64,000 bases of DNA from Octopus vulgaris (lineage: Eukaryota): assembly GCA_951406725.2 (NCBI GenBank), contig OX597821.1, forward strand, positions 10,478,001 through 10,542,000, read 5' to 3'. Of this stretch, positions 42,600-55,699 are shown in pieces. The translations under genes and the position numbers were made by a program. The notes below the pieces were generated by a model. That model was not told the DNA's origin. It saw nothing but the letters and a program-made list of their open reading frames with translations, and did not search any database. Numbering within the stretch: position 1 is the stretch's first letter; every line of letters begins with the position of its first letter.

Positions 42600-43635
42600 A
42601 AATTTCACAGTAATATACCTAGTTTCATATATACACCGCTAGAATTCCGAAGAATGACAAAGAGCATTTTTATCTCCTGCTTCTTGCGTTAAGTTAGGTC
42701 TCTAAACCTAACACATCCAGCCCCTCAAGAAATATGTGCTACGCACATAGAAGTGGTTATCACTGAAAGGATTATATAGAAATGGTTTTCAAGGTTAACT
42801 GAGGAGAAATACGACTAGAGAGAGATACTGCGTGGAAACTTTCGATGCAATGAGTATCGATTCGTCTAGTTTATTCGCATGGATCCGTAACACTCCACTT
42901 GGGAATAAGGCCAGCGGATGGGATGTACACATTTTCCGCATCCTGTCACATTAATTCAATATGTAAGGACTACAATCTCGGTGAACGTGTGCCACACATT
43001 TTAGATGAATTATATAAGCTCTATCATACCCCTATCTTCACAGGTTTGTTTGCCCGACACAAAAATAGCTGTGAAGTGAAGTATTTTGCAACATAGTCAT
43101 GAGCTATGATCAATTGTGCATTCACGACAAATATGAAACAGAGAAAAGAATGGATGAGTACTGACAAAGAAACAACATCTCGATTCAAGGAAATACTGTA
43201 TTTACACAAGACAATGAACTGCGTTTGGTGGGATTAAGAATAGCTAATCTATTAGAAAAGGCTTGAAAATAAACATATGGACTATGCAGCTCTTTAGGTT
43301 CATCAAATGCAACGCCTCGTCAAGGACAGATAGCTGAAACGATACCAAGAGGTGACACAGCAATCTTCAGCACAGCAATGGTCAATAAATTTCAACCCCT
43401 TGATGTTATTTTGACCAAATATGTAACTCTAATGCATGTACCCTACTGGATGTACCCTGTACCTTCCACGTAACACCTTCAGATTGTCATCTATTTCGGC
43501 CGACAGACAGAAGTTTAACAGGCGTTTCGTAAGACAAAGCTGAGGGGCTGGAAATATGATTTCAAGAAATTTTCGAGTCAAAACCAGTTGTTCTAGCATC
43601 GAAGAATTTGCAAGCTAATGAGATTTTGCAAAAAC
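42600..43635 (+). mobile_element. Degenerate near-full-length mariner
   Basis: KEHF, EICA..KWFSR, ERVPHILDE, NMKQRKEW, CVWWD and PSDCHLF in order. Confidence 0.85.
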
Positions 43636-43812
43636 CCGCGTGAGCGGAGAAGACCACCCGGAAGACCTCCACGACGGTGGAGTGACAATTTCAAGAGGAC
43701 GATTGGGATCACGTGGGTGAGAAAGGCGCGATCCAGAGGGGAGTGGACAGCGTGCTGTGACCAGCGGTGTCAAATGGACGCCTGACGGACTGGTCGGTCA
43801 AAGTGATCAAAG

Positions 43813-43815
<3 letters not shown>
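43635..43815 (+). mobile_element. RTE-clade LINE 3' end
   Basis: PRERRRPPGRPPRRWSDNFKRTIGITWVRKARSRGEW..*, then a short (tcaaagtga)-type tail. Confidence 0.85.
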
Positions 43816-43870
<55 letters not shown>

Positions 43871-44561
43871 TTATATATGTGTGTGTGTGTGTGTTTGTGT
43901 GTGTGTGTACATAAAGAAACGTGTTAATTACGTAAACAACGAGAGAGAAGAATGGAAAACAGGACAAGTAAACACAGAGATACGAGCCTTCACCAGATGT
44001 CAGTAGTCTCTCTACTCTTCATTTCGAGTATCCAATGATAATGTGAGTCTTCAAAGACAGTTGCTCCCTTAAATTCTAAAATACAATTTAGGATTTATGG
44101 AGGGTCAAAGTTGAGACCGAAAACATGTCAGTGGTGACATATAAGGAAAGCAGACGAAAACAAACACGGAGGGTCGTTACAACAGAACGAGAGGAATATA
44201 GTGAATGCTGAGAGAAATATTTTCTTTGAAAAGACAAAAGATAGGAGAGGAAGCAAATCCAGTCCGTGCAGGAAAAGAAGGATGGTCACGTGAGGAAATG
44301 AAAGATGGACGAAGGTCACGCGTGAGTAACGAGAGAGAGAAAAAGAGACACACAGAGAGAAAAATGCGAAAGCGGGAGGGGAAAAAGGGAATTCGAGAAG
44401 GACGTTATTTACTTTTATCTTCACATTTCTGATGCGTCTCTGTAGTGTTTTCTTCTACCATCATTCTTGTTCCGTTTTCCATTTTTTCTCCGATTGTTTA
44501 CATATTTAACTCGTTTGTTTATGTGCTTCATGTTGTTTGCAGAGTTGGTGCTCTGCTGTAC

Positions 44562-44637
<76 letters not shown>

Positions 44638-45578
44638 CATAATTGAACGCGACGCATCCTTTGCGAAGTATCATATATATATGCGTGTATATATGAATAT
44701 GCATGCGTGGGTGTGCATGCGTGCGTGTGTGTGTGAGTGCCTGTGTGTGGTCTGTATATGTGTAGTATAATATTTGGTGAGAGAAAGATCACCAAAACTG
44801 TACTCCAACTGGTGAGAGATAAATAATATTTAATAAACACAGTAGATATGTTTGTGAGCTACGAATAGATTCGTGCAAGGAAAAACGTCTGCTGCCTTGA
44901 AGCAGACCCCAGGCTGTGCCCACATTGCATAACAAGCTTAAACATAACGATAGGATGAGAGAAAATACGAGAAAAGAGGAGAAGTAGATGTAAAAGTTGG
45001 CCGGTTGAAAACACAGAAAAAAAGGAAAGGAAAAATAAAAGAAGAAAAAGGGTTTGTTCCCATTTACCGTAAAGCCATAAGGGTGAAAGTGTAGGAGCCT
45101 AAAGTCTGCGGCACAGCTTCCCAAACCGGACAGAATGGTATTTTCCAATTCACCAACAGGAACTTATTCATAAATCCGCTGAAAATAACAGATCTCTAGA
45201 AATGTACCCCATCTCCTGATTGGGCACCTGTATCATAGATTCTCTCTTTCTATCTCTTCATCCCTGCGGCTTCCTGGTCAAGGGGTGCATAACTATAATT
45301 CTCCCACTTTTGTTTCCTTTTAGTTTTAACTTATTCTTTCTTGTGTTTTGTATTATTCTTTCGTCTGTATCATCTTGTTATGCAAAGTAAGTAGAGCCTG
45401 TGGACTATATATACTGTGTTTAATGCGCATAACTTTGCTTGCATTTATCGCAACACCACTTATTAAAAAATGCTTTGACTTGCTCCAATTAAACTGATAT
45501 CTCCCAGCACAAAGATTTCAAATGTAACTGTACTATTATTAAAATTATCTTAGAAGACGACAGGGATGCTATATTACA

Positions 45579-45644
<66 letters not shown>

Positions 45645-45810
45645 GGAGTTTACGAAAGAAACAAAAGACGAAGACAAGTGGTGTACAGACTTCTACAGAA
45701 AGGGACAGAGGAAAAACAAGGAGAGAGAAAAATGTGTGTAGTGGCTAACGATCTATCATGACGACTGATAGATATATATAAACTATATATAGTTTATATA
45801 TATATAGTTT

Positions 45811-46692
45811 ATCAACAGTGGAACAGTAGACAACTGAATTTAGGCAGGAAAGGGAGAGTGTTGAAAATGAGCCTAGATTTGGACCTCCAACAACTGTTAC
45901 CATCGGGGAAAACATTGATCGTGTTCATCTTATGGTGGTGAAAGACAAGTGATTGAATATAAATCAAATAGTGAAATATATTAGCATATGCCATAACTAC
46001 ATTGAGAATACCCATCATAATGGATTCAGCATGCGAAACTTTCTACACGATAGGTGCATCATCATCTGACTCCCGGTTACATCACAAGAAAATCTGCTAT
46101 TATTTGAGACGGCTACACTTGTTAACACGGGAGGAGCACTGCGCTTGTCACTCTGAGCCAGAGCTAAGAAACGGTCCATGCCATAGAAACATTCCTTCTT
46201 ACCTGTAACGAAGAAAACGAAGGTCATTTCATCTGCATGGAAGGTGATGCAAAAGGCATTGTGTTTATTGACTGTCTTCAAAATATCCCCATCATTAATG
46301 GAGAGAACTATGATAATTTACTAAGGTAGGAACGAAAGGCTATCAAGACCAAACACCATGAAAAACTGAGGAAACTGATCCTGTTTAATCAGATTAATAC
46401 TCCAATAAACACGTCCTTGAGAGCTACTGTACGTGACGGTGGTTTTCAACTAGGTTTTTTCAACCTGTCTATTCTTATAATTTGGCGCCATCTGAAACTT
46501 TTCTTGGCTAGGAACCAGTATCGCAGTTCCTATGCCCTCATATATGCAGTTGAAAAGTTATTTGACCAGCAGGATAACAGTTTCATAAACAGTAGCATCC
46601 AAGTATTGCAACACCATTGCAAGAGCTTCGTGGACCGTATTCCATGAAAATATGCTTTTTGTCAGCCTATGAACTTTTCAGCTGAACCTCGT
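45811..46692 (+). mobile_element. Degenerate mariner with right TIR
   Basis: EFRQERESVENEPRFGPP..ENIDRVH, DAKGIVFIDCLQ and YSYNLAPSE; terminus gaacttttcagctgaacctcgt. Confidence 0.85.
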
Positions 46693-46739
46693 GCGCATGT
46701 GCGTTTGTATATATATATATATATATATATATACAAAGA

Positions 46740-47225
46740 AATATATTTTGTAAGAAAGAACGTAAATTTCGAACGCAGTAAAGCTGTAAGAACGGCTGAG
46801 AAAGATTGGGTATTTACCCTTATAAAACGGAAAGATTTATCAGCAAATGGCTACAGGAGTCGAACATTTTACCTTCAGATACTGGCGGAGTGCTCTACCA
46901 TTAAGCTAAGCAAATACATTCGACGCTTCCAAAGTATTTCTATAAAATGTTGTCACATTCGAAAATCTGTAATCTTACATTAAAATGGAGGGTATTTTTC
47001 TCAACATATGTTTAGTTTAGTATGTACAGCACTGAACTAGTATCTGAGGGATTCGGTTTCTAATCCTGAGGGTTCGGTTTCTAATATCTGAGGGGTTCGG
47101 TTTCGAATCCCATAGCCGTCTACTGCCACATTTTGCAGGTCTTATAAGGGTAAATACACACACTGTTGTACTTACAGCTTAACTGCATTCATAATTTACT
47201 TCCTTGTATGTAAAATACAAATATA
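46740..47225. repeat. Palindromic element with two divergently oriented tRNA-like units
   Basis: gcagtaaagctgtaag / cttacagcttaactgc and gtatttacccttataa / ttataagggtaaatac are inverted pairs. tRNA-like A/B boxes lie at 46849-46910 (-) and ~47011-47117 (+). Confidence 0.75.
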
Positions 47226-48324
47226 TTCAACGTTTCGAGAGTCTGTTTATAAAATGTATATAAAGAAGACATTTGCATTTCCTTTTCTCATAGTCGTAGA
47301 TTGCTTTCAAACTAATAATTTATTCTAGAACTAAAATTTTGTTAGAGGTATTGCATTTGGATTTAGATTAGGTGACAATATTTTACTTGTATTTATAATT
47401 AATGTGATAAAAATGCATTAGGTGAAGAGATATTAAACTCTTCGTTGTTTTCTATGTTTCCTATAAAGGTATGAATATTTAAATTACAATGCAGTAGACA
47501 ATGTTTGCCGCATATATTAAATGGATAAAGATATAATTGAATTATAATAGCTATTATTTTTCACTTCATATATTCATACATTACTAAAAGGAACGTTTTA
47601 AATAAAGAGCAATATGCAGATTATTCTTAGCAATGAAATCTCTTATATTGTTAAAGAAACACATACATTTACTCTCAAATGCATAGGCACAAATTTAAAC
47701 TAAAAAAGGAAAAAAAAACACTTGAATATAATTTAAAGTGTGTAGCCGTATCATTAAAATTTCTTTTTATTTTTGGCGGGGTGTTGGAGGAGTTATTTAA
47801 ACTCTTTGAAAAACCATTCCAAATTCATTATATTCATTTAAGTATAATTGGGGATATACGTGGTTCAGTGATTAGAGGTACTATAGCTGTGGAATTATAC
47901 ATTTAGAGTGTGCTCCTGTATAAATTTACTCAAGTACGACGGATAACATCGCTATAGATAATTTATTCTGCTTTGCTTAGAACTTGTAGAAAACATTGGA
48001 AGAAGAGTATTTAAATATATATGTAGATAGATCGATGTCGGAAATTCAGATCATAACTAATATGATTTTATCGCAAAGCTATATACATCTTGTGCAATAT
48101 CTTATGAGAATTATTAACGCTTCTTACAAATTTTCCAGTAGTGAGGAATTATTTGTTACGAAGCTTTATTCCATCCGTTGTCATATACAAGTTATTTTTT
48201 TTCAGGCAAAATAAATAAATTTTGAGCATGAGTGATGTATTAAGTTAACAGGATATTTGATTATATGTATGCATGCATTGTAGCTTGTCACTATACATTA
48301 CTCCTGTTATGTGGAAACATGACA

Positions 48325-48512
48325 GAGTCGTTAACACGCCGGGTGAAATGCTTTGTGGTGTTTCGCCTGTTGCTATTTTTTGAGTTCAAATTGTGCCGAG
48401 GTAGATTTTGCCTTTCATCCTTTAAGATCTATTAAATAAGTCCGCTGGAGTCGATGTTAATGACTTATCTCCACCCGCCCAAATTGCTGCCCTTGTGGTA
48501 AAATTTGAAACC
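48325..48512 (+). mobile_element. tRNA-derived SINE (9392 family)
   Basis: gagttcaaattgtgccgagg..ttttgcctttcatcc..aaatttgaaacc. Confidence 0.85.
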
Positions 48513-48953
48513 GTAATAGATTAGTTCCGTTACAAAATTCCCGTTCGAAATTTCATCTATTTTACGTGTCAATTTTCCAAATTGTAGATGTGAACAAATT
48601 GCTATTTTTGTAACTTTGTTTATGGCCAGCACGCGCATAGCAGCATCTTTCATACAGTAAGCAGAAGCGTTGTCCAAACCTTACTTCGGATGTCATATTA
48701 CTTTATGTTTCAGATGTATACTCTAATATATGAATATAAAATTCTTCTCAGAAAATCTATTCCAGGTTAAAATGACCATATACAGAGTCACTACATATTT
48801 AACTTTCGTCACTCATAGAACTCCGACCATTCGCAGCACTATCTTCAAGCATTTGGTCGCGGAAATCGCTTAGAAAATACACAATACATATTTCCCTGCG
48901 TCCCCTCGTCGACACTCTAAGTTATGGAGACAAACGCAAATATAAACACCCGC

Positions 48954-49010
<57 letters not shown>

Positions 49011-49922
49011 CACATACACACACATATACATAAATACGTACGCATACACACACGCATATATATATAAAGAAAAATTAGTCAAAATTTTGGATAAGTCTTT
49101 AATCTCGCTTTCGTTCGTTTAACTGAACTTTTCAAGCACAGATAATAAAACAGATAGTTACCTCGCCTTTTATATGAATCGAAGAGCGGATGTTTTTTGT
49201 CTTTTTTTTTTTTAGAAGAGGAGAAAATTCTGTCTCTTGGAGGAAGGGAGAAGAGCGGAAGATAGGGAGCAGGACAATCGAAGAAGTTTACCTAGTTTAT
49301 ACTACGGTATATTCATTGGACCGTTGCTATAATAGAAGTCACACCACTTAGTTGCCATTTAGTTGCCACGCAGTGGAATCGAAGACGTGATTACAGAGCG
49401 AGATTTTTTTAAACTACACTTTCATGGAATTTTAATGAGGGAATAATATTCGAATGATGTTACTGAAAGTGTATTTTGCTGTCCTTCTTTGTATTGTGGT
49501 TTTGTCTCATTCACTCTATATATGATAGAAAGGCTTACGCTGATTAAACAGGCAACACTAAATAATATAGATATTTGTGAGGCAAAAATGTCACCCTGTT
49601 CTAATTATCGTTTTCTTTACCTGACAAAAACCGTATCCTTATTTACTACTAAACTCTCTTGGGAATATCCCGTCTGCGATATACCTACACAAATGCCACT
49701 TTTCGTCTCAGTTACACCTCTGCTCTTCTCAACCTTGACAAAAATCTACGTGACCTTCTGTTTAGCAGCAACAGATCTAGCATCTACCCGGTGCAGTAGA
49801 CGGCTTGTAAACTACAATATTAAACCCCACGTGTCAGACTTCATTATCATAGTTTGTACTAATTTCGTTATAATTCTCCTAATCTAATTTACTGCATTAC
49901 ATGAAGTCTGGATACTATGCTA

Positions 49923-50421
49923 TACATGGACGTGAGACCGGTCGGAGTCTGCAATCCCAGTTGCAGTAAAATATATTTAATATCCTTAATAACAACCCCA
50001 GTGATTCTCTATGAAAAACAAATATCTACGCGTCGAAAACATATCTACCACACAGTTCGACAACAATCTGAACCAAAAACTTAAGGACAACCTTCCTACA
50101 AATATTAAATTTCCGTACTACAGGAAGTTTTGCGTTCCTTCTTAATGGTTTCTATCAGCAATTCCTGTTACTTATGCGTTACATGGACATGAGATCGGTC
50201 GGAGTCTGCAATACCGGTTGCAGTAAAATATATTTAATATCCTTAATAACAAATGTCCACATGTCTAAAACATATCAACTACGCAGTTCGACAATAATCT
50301 GAGCCAAATACAATTCAAAAGCTTGAGGGCAACCTTCCTACAAATAGTAGATTTCTGTACTATAGGAAGTTTTTGCCTCCCTTCTTGAGGGTTTCTATCA
50401 GGAATCCCTGTTACTTATGCG
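49923..50421 (+). repeat. Diverged tandem duplication (49923-50178 / 50180-50421)
   Basis: Both units run tacatggac..ggtcggagtctgcaat..cctgttacttatgcg. Confidence 0.92.
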
Positions 50422-50767
50422 GTTCTAGGTTAATTCTTCATCTAAGATTCAATTTAGTCTGTAAATATCTTTCAGATAAGACGAAAATCAATATTTCTTA
50501 AAAGATTCCTCCGATGCATCAGGATTTGTTCGTAGTAAAGAAGAAGGCAATATTGAAAATGACACCATTTATAATACATGCTATGTGTAGGTACAGATGT
50601 CCGAGCATTTCAATTGCGAAAGTGAATAAAGCTGCTTGTTTTACTTGACTAAATCCCAAGAGATCTCCGCCATTAGAGTCCTATGATTTGAGACTGAAAT
50701 AAACATCTTGTCCTTTTAAAAATTATGGATAGTGTGTATCTACATGAGTGCATACATACACACACAC

Positions 50768-50821
<54 letters not shown>

Positions 50822-50925
50822 GAATGTATATATGTATGTATATGTATATATGTATGTATAATGTATGTATGCGTGTATGTTGGCTCGATGTATATATACA
50901 CTCATATATGTATATATACATGATT

Positions 50926-51233
50926 AGGCGCAATGGCCTGGTGGTTAGAGCAGCGTACTGGCGGTAATAGGATAGCGGTTTCGAGACTCCGGCAGCGGTG
51001 CGGGGTCCTCCTGCATTCTTTTACCACAAATTTCTCTCACCCTTTCTTCCTATTTCTGTTGTTTCAAAGGGCCAGCCTTGTAACAGTCTGTGTCATGCTG
51101 AATCTCCCCGAGAAGTACGTTAAAGGTACACGTGTCTGTGGAATGCACAGCCACTTGCACGTTAATTTCACGGGCAGGCTGTTCCGTTGATTGGATCAGC
51201 TGGAATCCTCGATGTCGTAATCGACGGAGTGCC
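50926..51233 (+). mobile_element. tRNA-derived SINE, third family
   Basis: aggcgcaatggcctggtggttagagc..ggtttcga; body gccacttgcacgttaatttcacg. Confidence 0.8.
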
Positions 51234-51248
51234 GCAGTATACACACAA

Positions 51249-51355
<107 letters not shown>

Positions 51356-52424
51356 TATATGTGTACATACGTATATGTACATATGTATAGATGTGTGTTC
51401 GCGCGCATTTTTGTTACATAGATGTGAGTGCCCCTAGGTATATTAGTCCGTATGAACATTTGAAAATCACTGCTTATTTATCTGCTGAATGGATTACAGT
51501 GAGTATTAATTGGATTCAGTCAGCCCTACGTGTCCTATGTAGTTGTGGGACCGCGCTAAGTTTAGTGGAATACTACGCGTGAAGGGTGTGGGTTTTATAT
51601 AGTTTCGAGAAATATCTAATTATAAATTTATAGAAAAAATGTTTATTGAAACAATTATTAGAAACGCCGTGCAGCCATCTCATTAATTATACCTGATTCA
51701 TTCTACATTGATAATGTTTTCTTCTTTCATGAACTTGTATGTAATTAGATATATGCTTTATAATGTTTGATGACAATGTCTCTCTGAAAAAGTGCTCATA
51801 TTTCCCGCAGTTCGCTATATTCCATTATAAAACGATTTTACATTCACATTTGTCATAAAAGAAGCGAATTACTCAATAATTTAAATTCAACAGTTGTTGC
51901 AAGAGATTAATAATTTACAACGAACGTGTAGGCAACGCCTCTCCACTTTTCGGTAATATAGCAGTTTTCAACAAGTTTTCAAATATTCAGTCATAATTAC
52001 AACACCTAGTGTATTCGGTATTATAGGTTTCAAAGTGGCATTTAAAGTAAATATAGGGAACAATTTTTGTACAGCTTGTGGGAATGTAGGCGATATTCAG
52101 ATTATGTGGTTATGTCTTCTAGATAGCCAGTCGGTCGGCTAGGGGTTAAGAATAGGAACACAATCACAAACTGTTACTACAAGCATTTAAGTAGAACATA
52201 TGTTGATTTGTACATTTGTCTTTTTCTTTTATTCGCACACAACAAGAAGACACACACATATATATATATGCATATGTCTGTATACATATAATTATATATA
52301 TCCAGTTATACATGTTATATAAATATTTGGATATATGTATGCATATATATGTGTATGTGTGTATTATATACGTATATATAATTGTACACCTATATATACT
52401 TATATATACCTATATATACGTACA

Positions 52425-52492
<68 letters not shown>

Positions 52493-52495
52493 TCC

Positions 52496-52529
<34 letters not shown>

Positions 52530-52534
52530 AGTCC

Positions 52535-52568
<34 letters not shown>

Positions 52569-53182
52569 AGTCCTAAGCCGCCTGGACTACTGCTCCCAAC
52601 TGTGGTCACCGCATAGTGTCAAACTAACCACAGAGCTTGAGACAATCCAAAGACATTTCACCAAGAGGATTTCCACCATGAAAGAAAAGAACTATTGGGA
52701 GAGGCTTAGGGAACTCAATTTGTACTCCTTGGAACGAAGACGAGAGAGATATGCAGTGATGTACATATGGAAAATCCTGGAGGGACTAGCACCAAATTTT
52801 GGAATTAAGAGCTGTTCCAATCCCCGTACAGGACGTCACTGTGTGGTGCCAAAGGTCCCGTCTTCCACATCCAGGGTAAGGAGCAGATACTGTAATAGCC
52901 TGGGGTTCAGGGGCCCTCAGCTGTTCAACAAACTGCCAAGAAAACTAAGAGATCTACATGATGCGGATGTGGACATTTTCAAAAAACATCTAGACAAGCT
53001 GCTTTCCGGGATCCCAGATGAACCCACTGCAAGGTACGAAGGTAACCTAAGGGTAGCAGCTACAAACTCTCTCTTAGATCAGTGGCCAGCCACGGCAACT
53101 GGACTTAGAGAGGGTAGCAACAAGGGCGGTGCCCCCGCATGGCCTCAGCCGGATGGCTGAAACAAGTAAAAGGGTAAAAGAG
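52569..53182 (+). mobile_element. CR1/L2-group LINE 3' end, 5'-truncated, ORF2 C-terminus still open
   Basis: [46 protein letters not shown]; terminal hairpin tcagcc-ggat-ggctga and (gtaaaag) tail. Confidence 0.93.
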
Positions 53183-53320
53183 TATATATCCATGTATATG
53201 CCTATATATGTATACATATATATATGCCTATAGGTATACATATATATACACATAAATACATAGATACCTATATATATATATGTATATATGTATGTACGTA
53301 TATATCTATCTATCTATCTA

Positions 53321-53372
<52 letters not shown>

Positions 53373-53529
53373 CATATATCTATATATATATGTGTGTGTG
53401 TGTATTTATGTATGTATATATGTATGTGCGCACTTATCCATACATTTATATATATAAATGTGTGTATACGTGGTGTCCGATTGTGTGTAAACCTTACACA
53501 AAGTGCATTTAAGTTATCTTGTATATAAT

Positions 53530-54042
53530 GGAATGGAAATCTTAAAACAATTATTTTTATTTTCGTCTCCGCAAATTATAGTCGCAGCCGAAGCAAAGTA
53601 AACAGGAGTGGATAACCTTAAGTAGACCAAAATTACACATTTACGCTCACGTACATACACATCTACAAAAATACTCACAGGTACAATATCTCTATATCTG
53701 TGTATGTGTTCTTACGTACATAAGTACGATATCACTCATACATAAACACTCAAGGGGATCTTTTTAAATTTATCGCCTCGATTTTCGTTTTATTTTAGTA
53801 AATTCCTTTCTAGAGAAACAAACCTAAAATCGCCAAGTTATATTGTAGTGTTTATATTTGATTATCGTTGCGTTGCTGCTGTTTTGTTATTTTAAATTGC
53901 GTTTCTCTTTGGTTTGTTTAAATACTTTGACAAACGATTATATACACACATTTATGAGGTACACATGTTGTTGCAGTGTGTCTCTGTGAGTATCTCTGTC
54001 TCTCTCTTTCTCAGTACAATCATATATATATATATATATGCA

Positions 54043-54107
<65 letters not shown>

Positions 54108-54365
54108 ATATATATGTATGTATATACACACATATATATAATATACATATATGTATATATATAAATTTACTTTTTGTTTTTCATGATAAGAAGGAGCTGG
54201 TCAAAATTTTGGATAACTATTTATTTAGAACTTTCGTCTCGTTTCAAAGTATAGTAACGAATGATATTTTCACTGAAAATGTATGTCTTTTATTGATATC
54301 TGAGTTCGGTGACAGAGTCTGGTGTTAAATTTGGATGAAATTGTTCTTTATTATTTGGAATCTAT
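53530..54365 (+). pseudogene. TLR-like TM + TIR remnant cut by the Tc1 insertion
   Basis: TM-like CLYLIIVALLLFCYFKLRF (~53848-53905). TIR-like [27 protein letters not shown] (ORF 54038-54328). Confidence 0.5.
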
Positions 54366-54392
54366 ATGTGCAATGGTATATGTGTTTATGTA

Positions 54393-55607
54393 CAGGGGTT
54401 GGACAAAATAATTGAAACACCTAACATCATAGCATCAAAAATTTGAAATATCTATAAAACTGTAAAAAACTTGTATATTTTTATGTTTTTTTTAAATTTA
54501 TTATTAGTCTTGCTTAATATGCTTTGCTAAAATTGTTTCTTTTCAGATATAATCAAAACAGGTAATCGAAATTCACTAAAATGAAAGATCTATCGTACTT
54601 TCAAAGAGGTCAAATTGTCGGTGCTCGTATGATAGGCGCTAGCGTAAAGAAAACTGCTGAAATGTTTGGTGTATCAAGAAGTACTGTCTGGAAAGTAGTG
54701 ATAACCGTTGAGAAAGCGGGGTAAACCTCCTCGTAGAAACAAAACTCAGGAAGAAAACCAAAATATTCAGATATGGACCGTCGGACTCTTAAGTGAATTC
54801 TTAGAAAGGATAACAAAAGTAGAGCTCTCAAAATTACTGAAGAGCGTAATGACCACCTCGAGAACCCAGTTACCACATAAACTGTTTCCCGGAAGCTGCA
54901 CAAAGCCGGATTTCACGGGAGGGTTGCAATCAGAAGACTACCACTTTCAAAAAAAAAAAAGACGTTGAAAAGCGTTTAGAGTGGAGTAAAAACCTACAGA
55001 ATTGGTCATCCTTCACCTTATTTCCGATCACCGGCCGAGTATACGTGTGGAGACAGCCAAAAGAAGCATTCGACGCATACTACTTTCTTCCAGCTGTTAC
55101 CCATGGAGGAAGATCTGTGATGATCTGTGGTGGGGGCTATATCTTGGAAATCCGCCGGCCCTGTGGTTTCCCTTCATGGTAGAATTAATAGTGAATACTG
55201 TTTAAACATTTTATCAGATCAAATTCATCCTATGGTTGCGGAACTGTTTCCGGAGGGATACGCAATCTTTCAGGATGATAATGCACCAATTCACACATTT
55301 ACTGAATGGCACGATGAACATTCTAGTGAAGTTGATTATCTTTTCGCCACATTCCCCAGATCTCAATATTATTGAACAATTATGATGCATTTTAGAAAAA
55401 CACGTAAGGTGTCGACATCTTCCACCATCATGACTAAAAGTTTTTGCTGAAGAATATACAAAAATTCATTTGGAAACAATTCAAACTTAGTACGAGGCCA
55501 TACCTCGAAGAATTCAAGCTGTAATTACTGTCAAAGTCGATGCACCACTTATTAAAATAAATTTGTTTGAAGTTTCAAATTGCTTTCATTATTTTGTCCA
55601 ACCCCTG
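54393..55607 (+). mobile_element. Full-length inactive Tc1-family DNA transposon
   Basis: TIRs caggggttggacaaaataat (20 bp identical) with TA at both ends. MKDLSYFQRGQIVGAR at 54581, IFQDDNAPIH and PDLNIIE, with stops and frameshifts. Confidence 0.96.
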
Positions 55608-55699
55608 TATATGTCAATGTGTATATGTATGGGTGTTGGTATGCATGTCAAAGTTTATGTCTGCACTGAATTTGTGAAGGCTGTGTAAAAAGAGAGAAG

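Larger units (their letters stand above)
45340..48760 (-). pseudogene. Decayed TLR gene: LRR ectodomain (47270-48760) and TIR piece (45340-45580), separated by insertions
   Basis: ASAYCMKDAAMRVLAINKVTK (LRRNT-like), KLQCMHTYNQIS, SDIDLSTYIFKYSSSNVF and FNNIRDFIAKNNL. TIR-like NIASLSSSKIILII..LKSLCWE (ORF 45489-45677) and STYFA*QDD. Confidence 0.5.

Noticed and set aside
47041-47110. Three short direct repeats as a CRISPR-like array
   Set aside because: The units are contiguous with no spacers, the context is eukaryotic and there are no cas genes; this is a slippage triplication.
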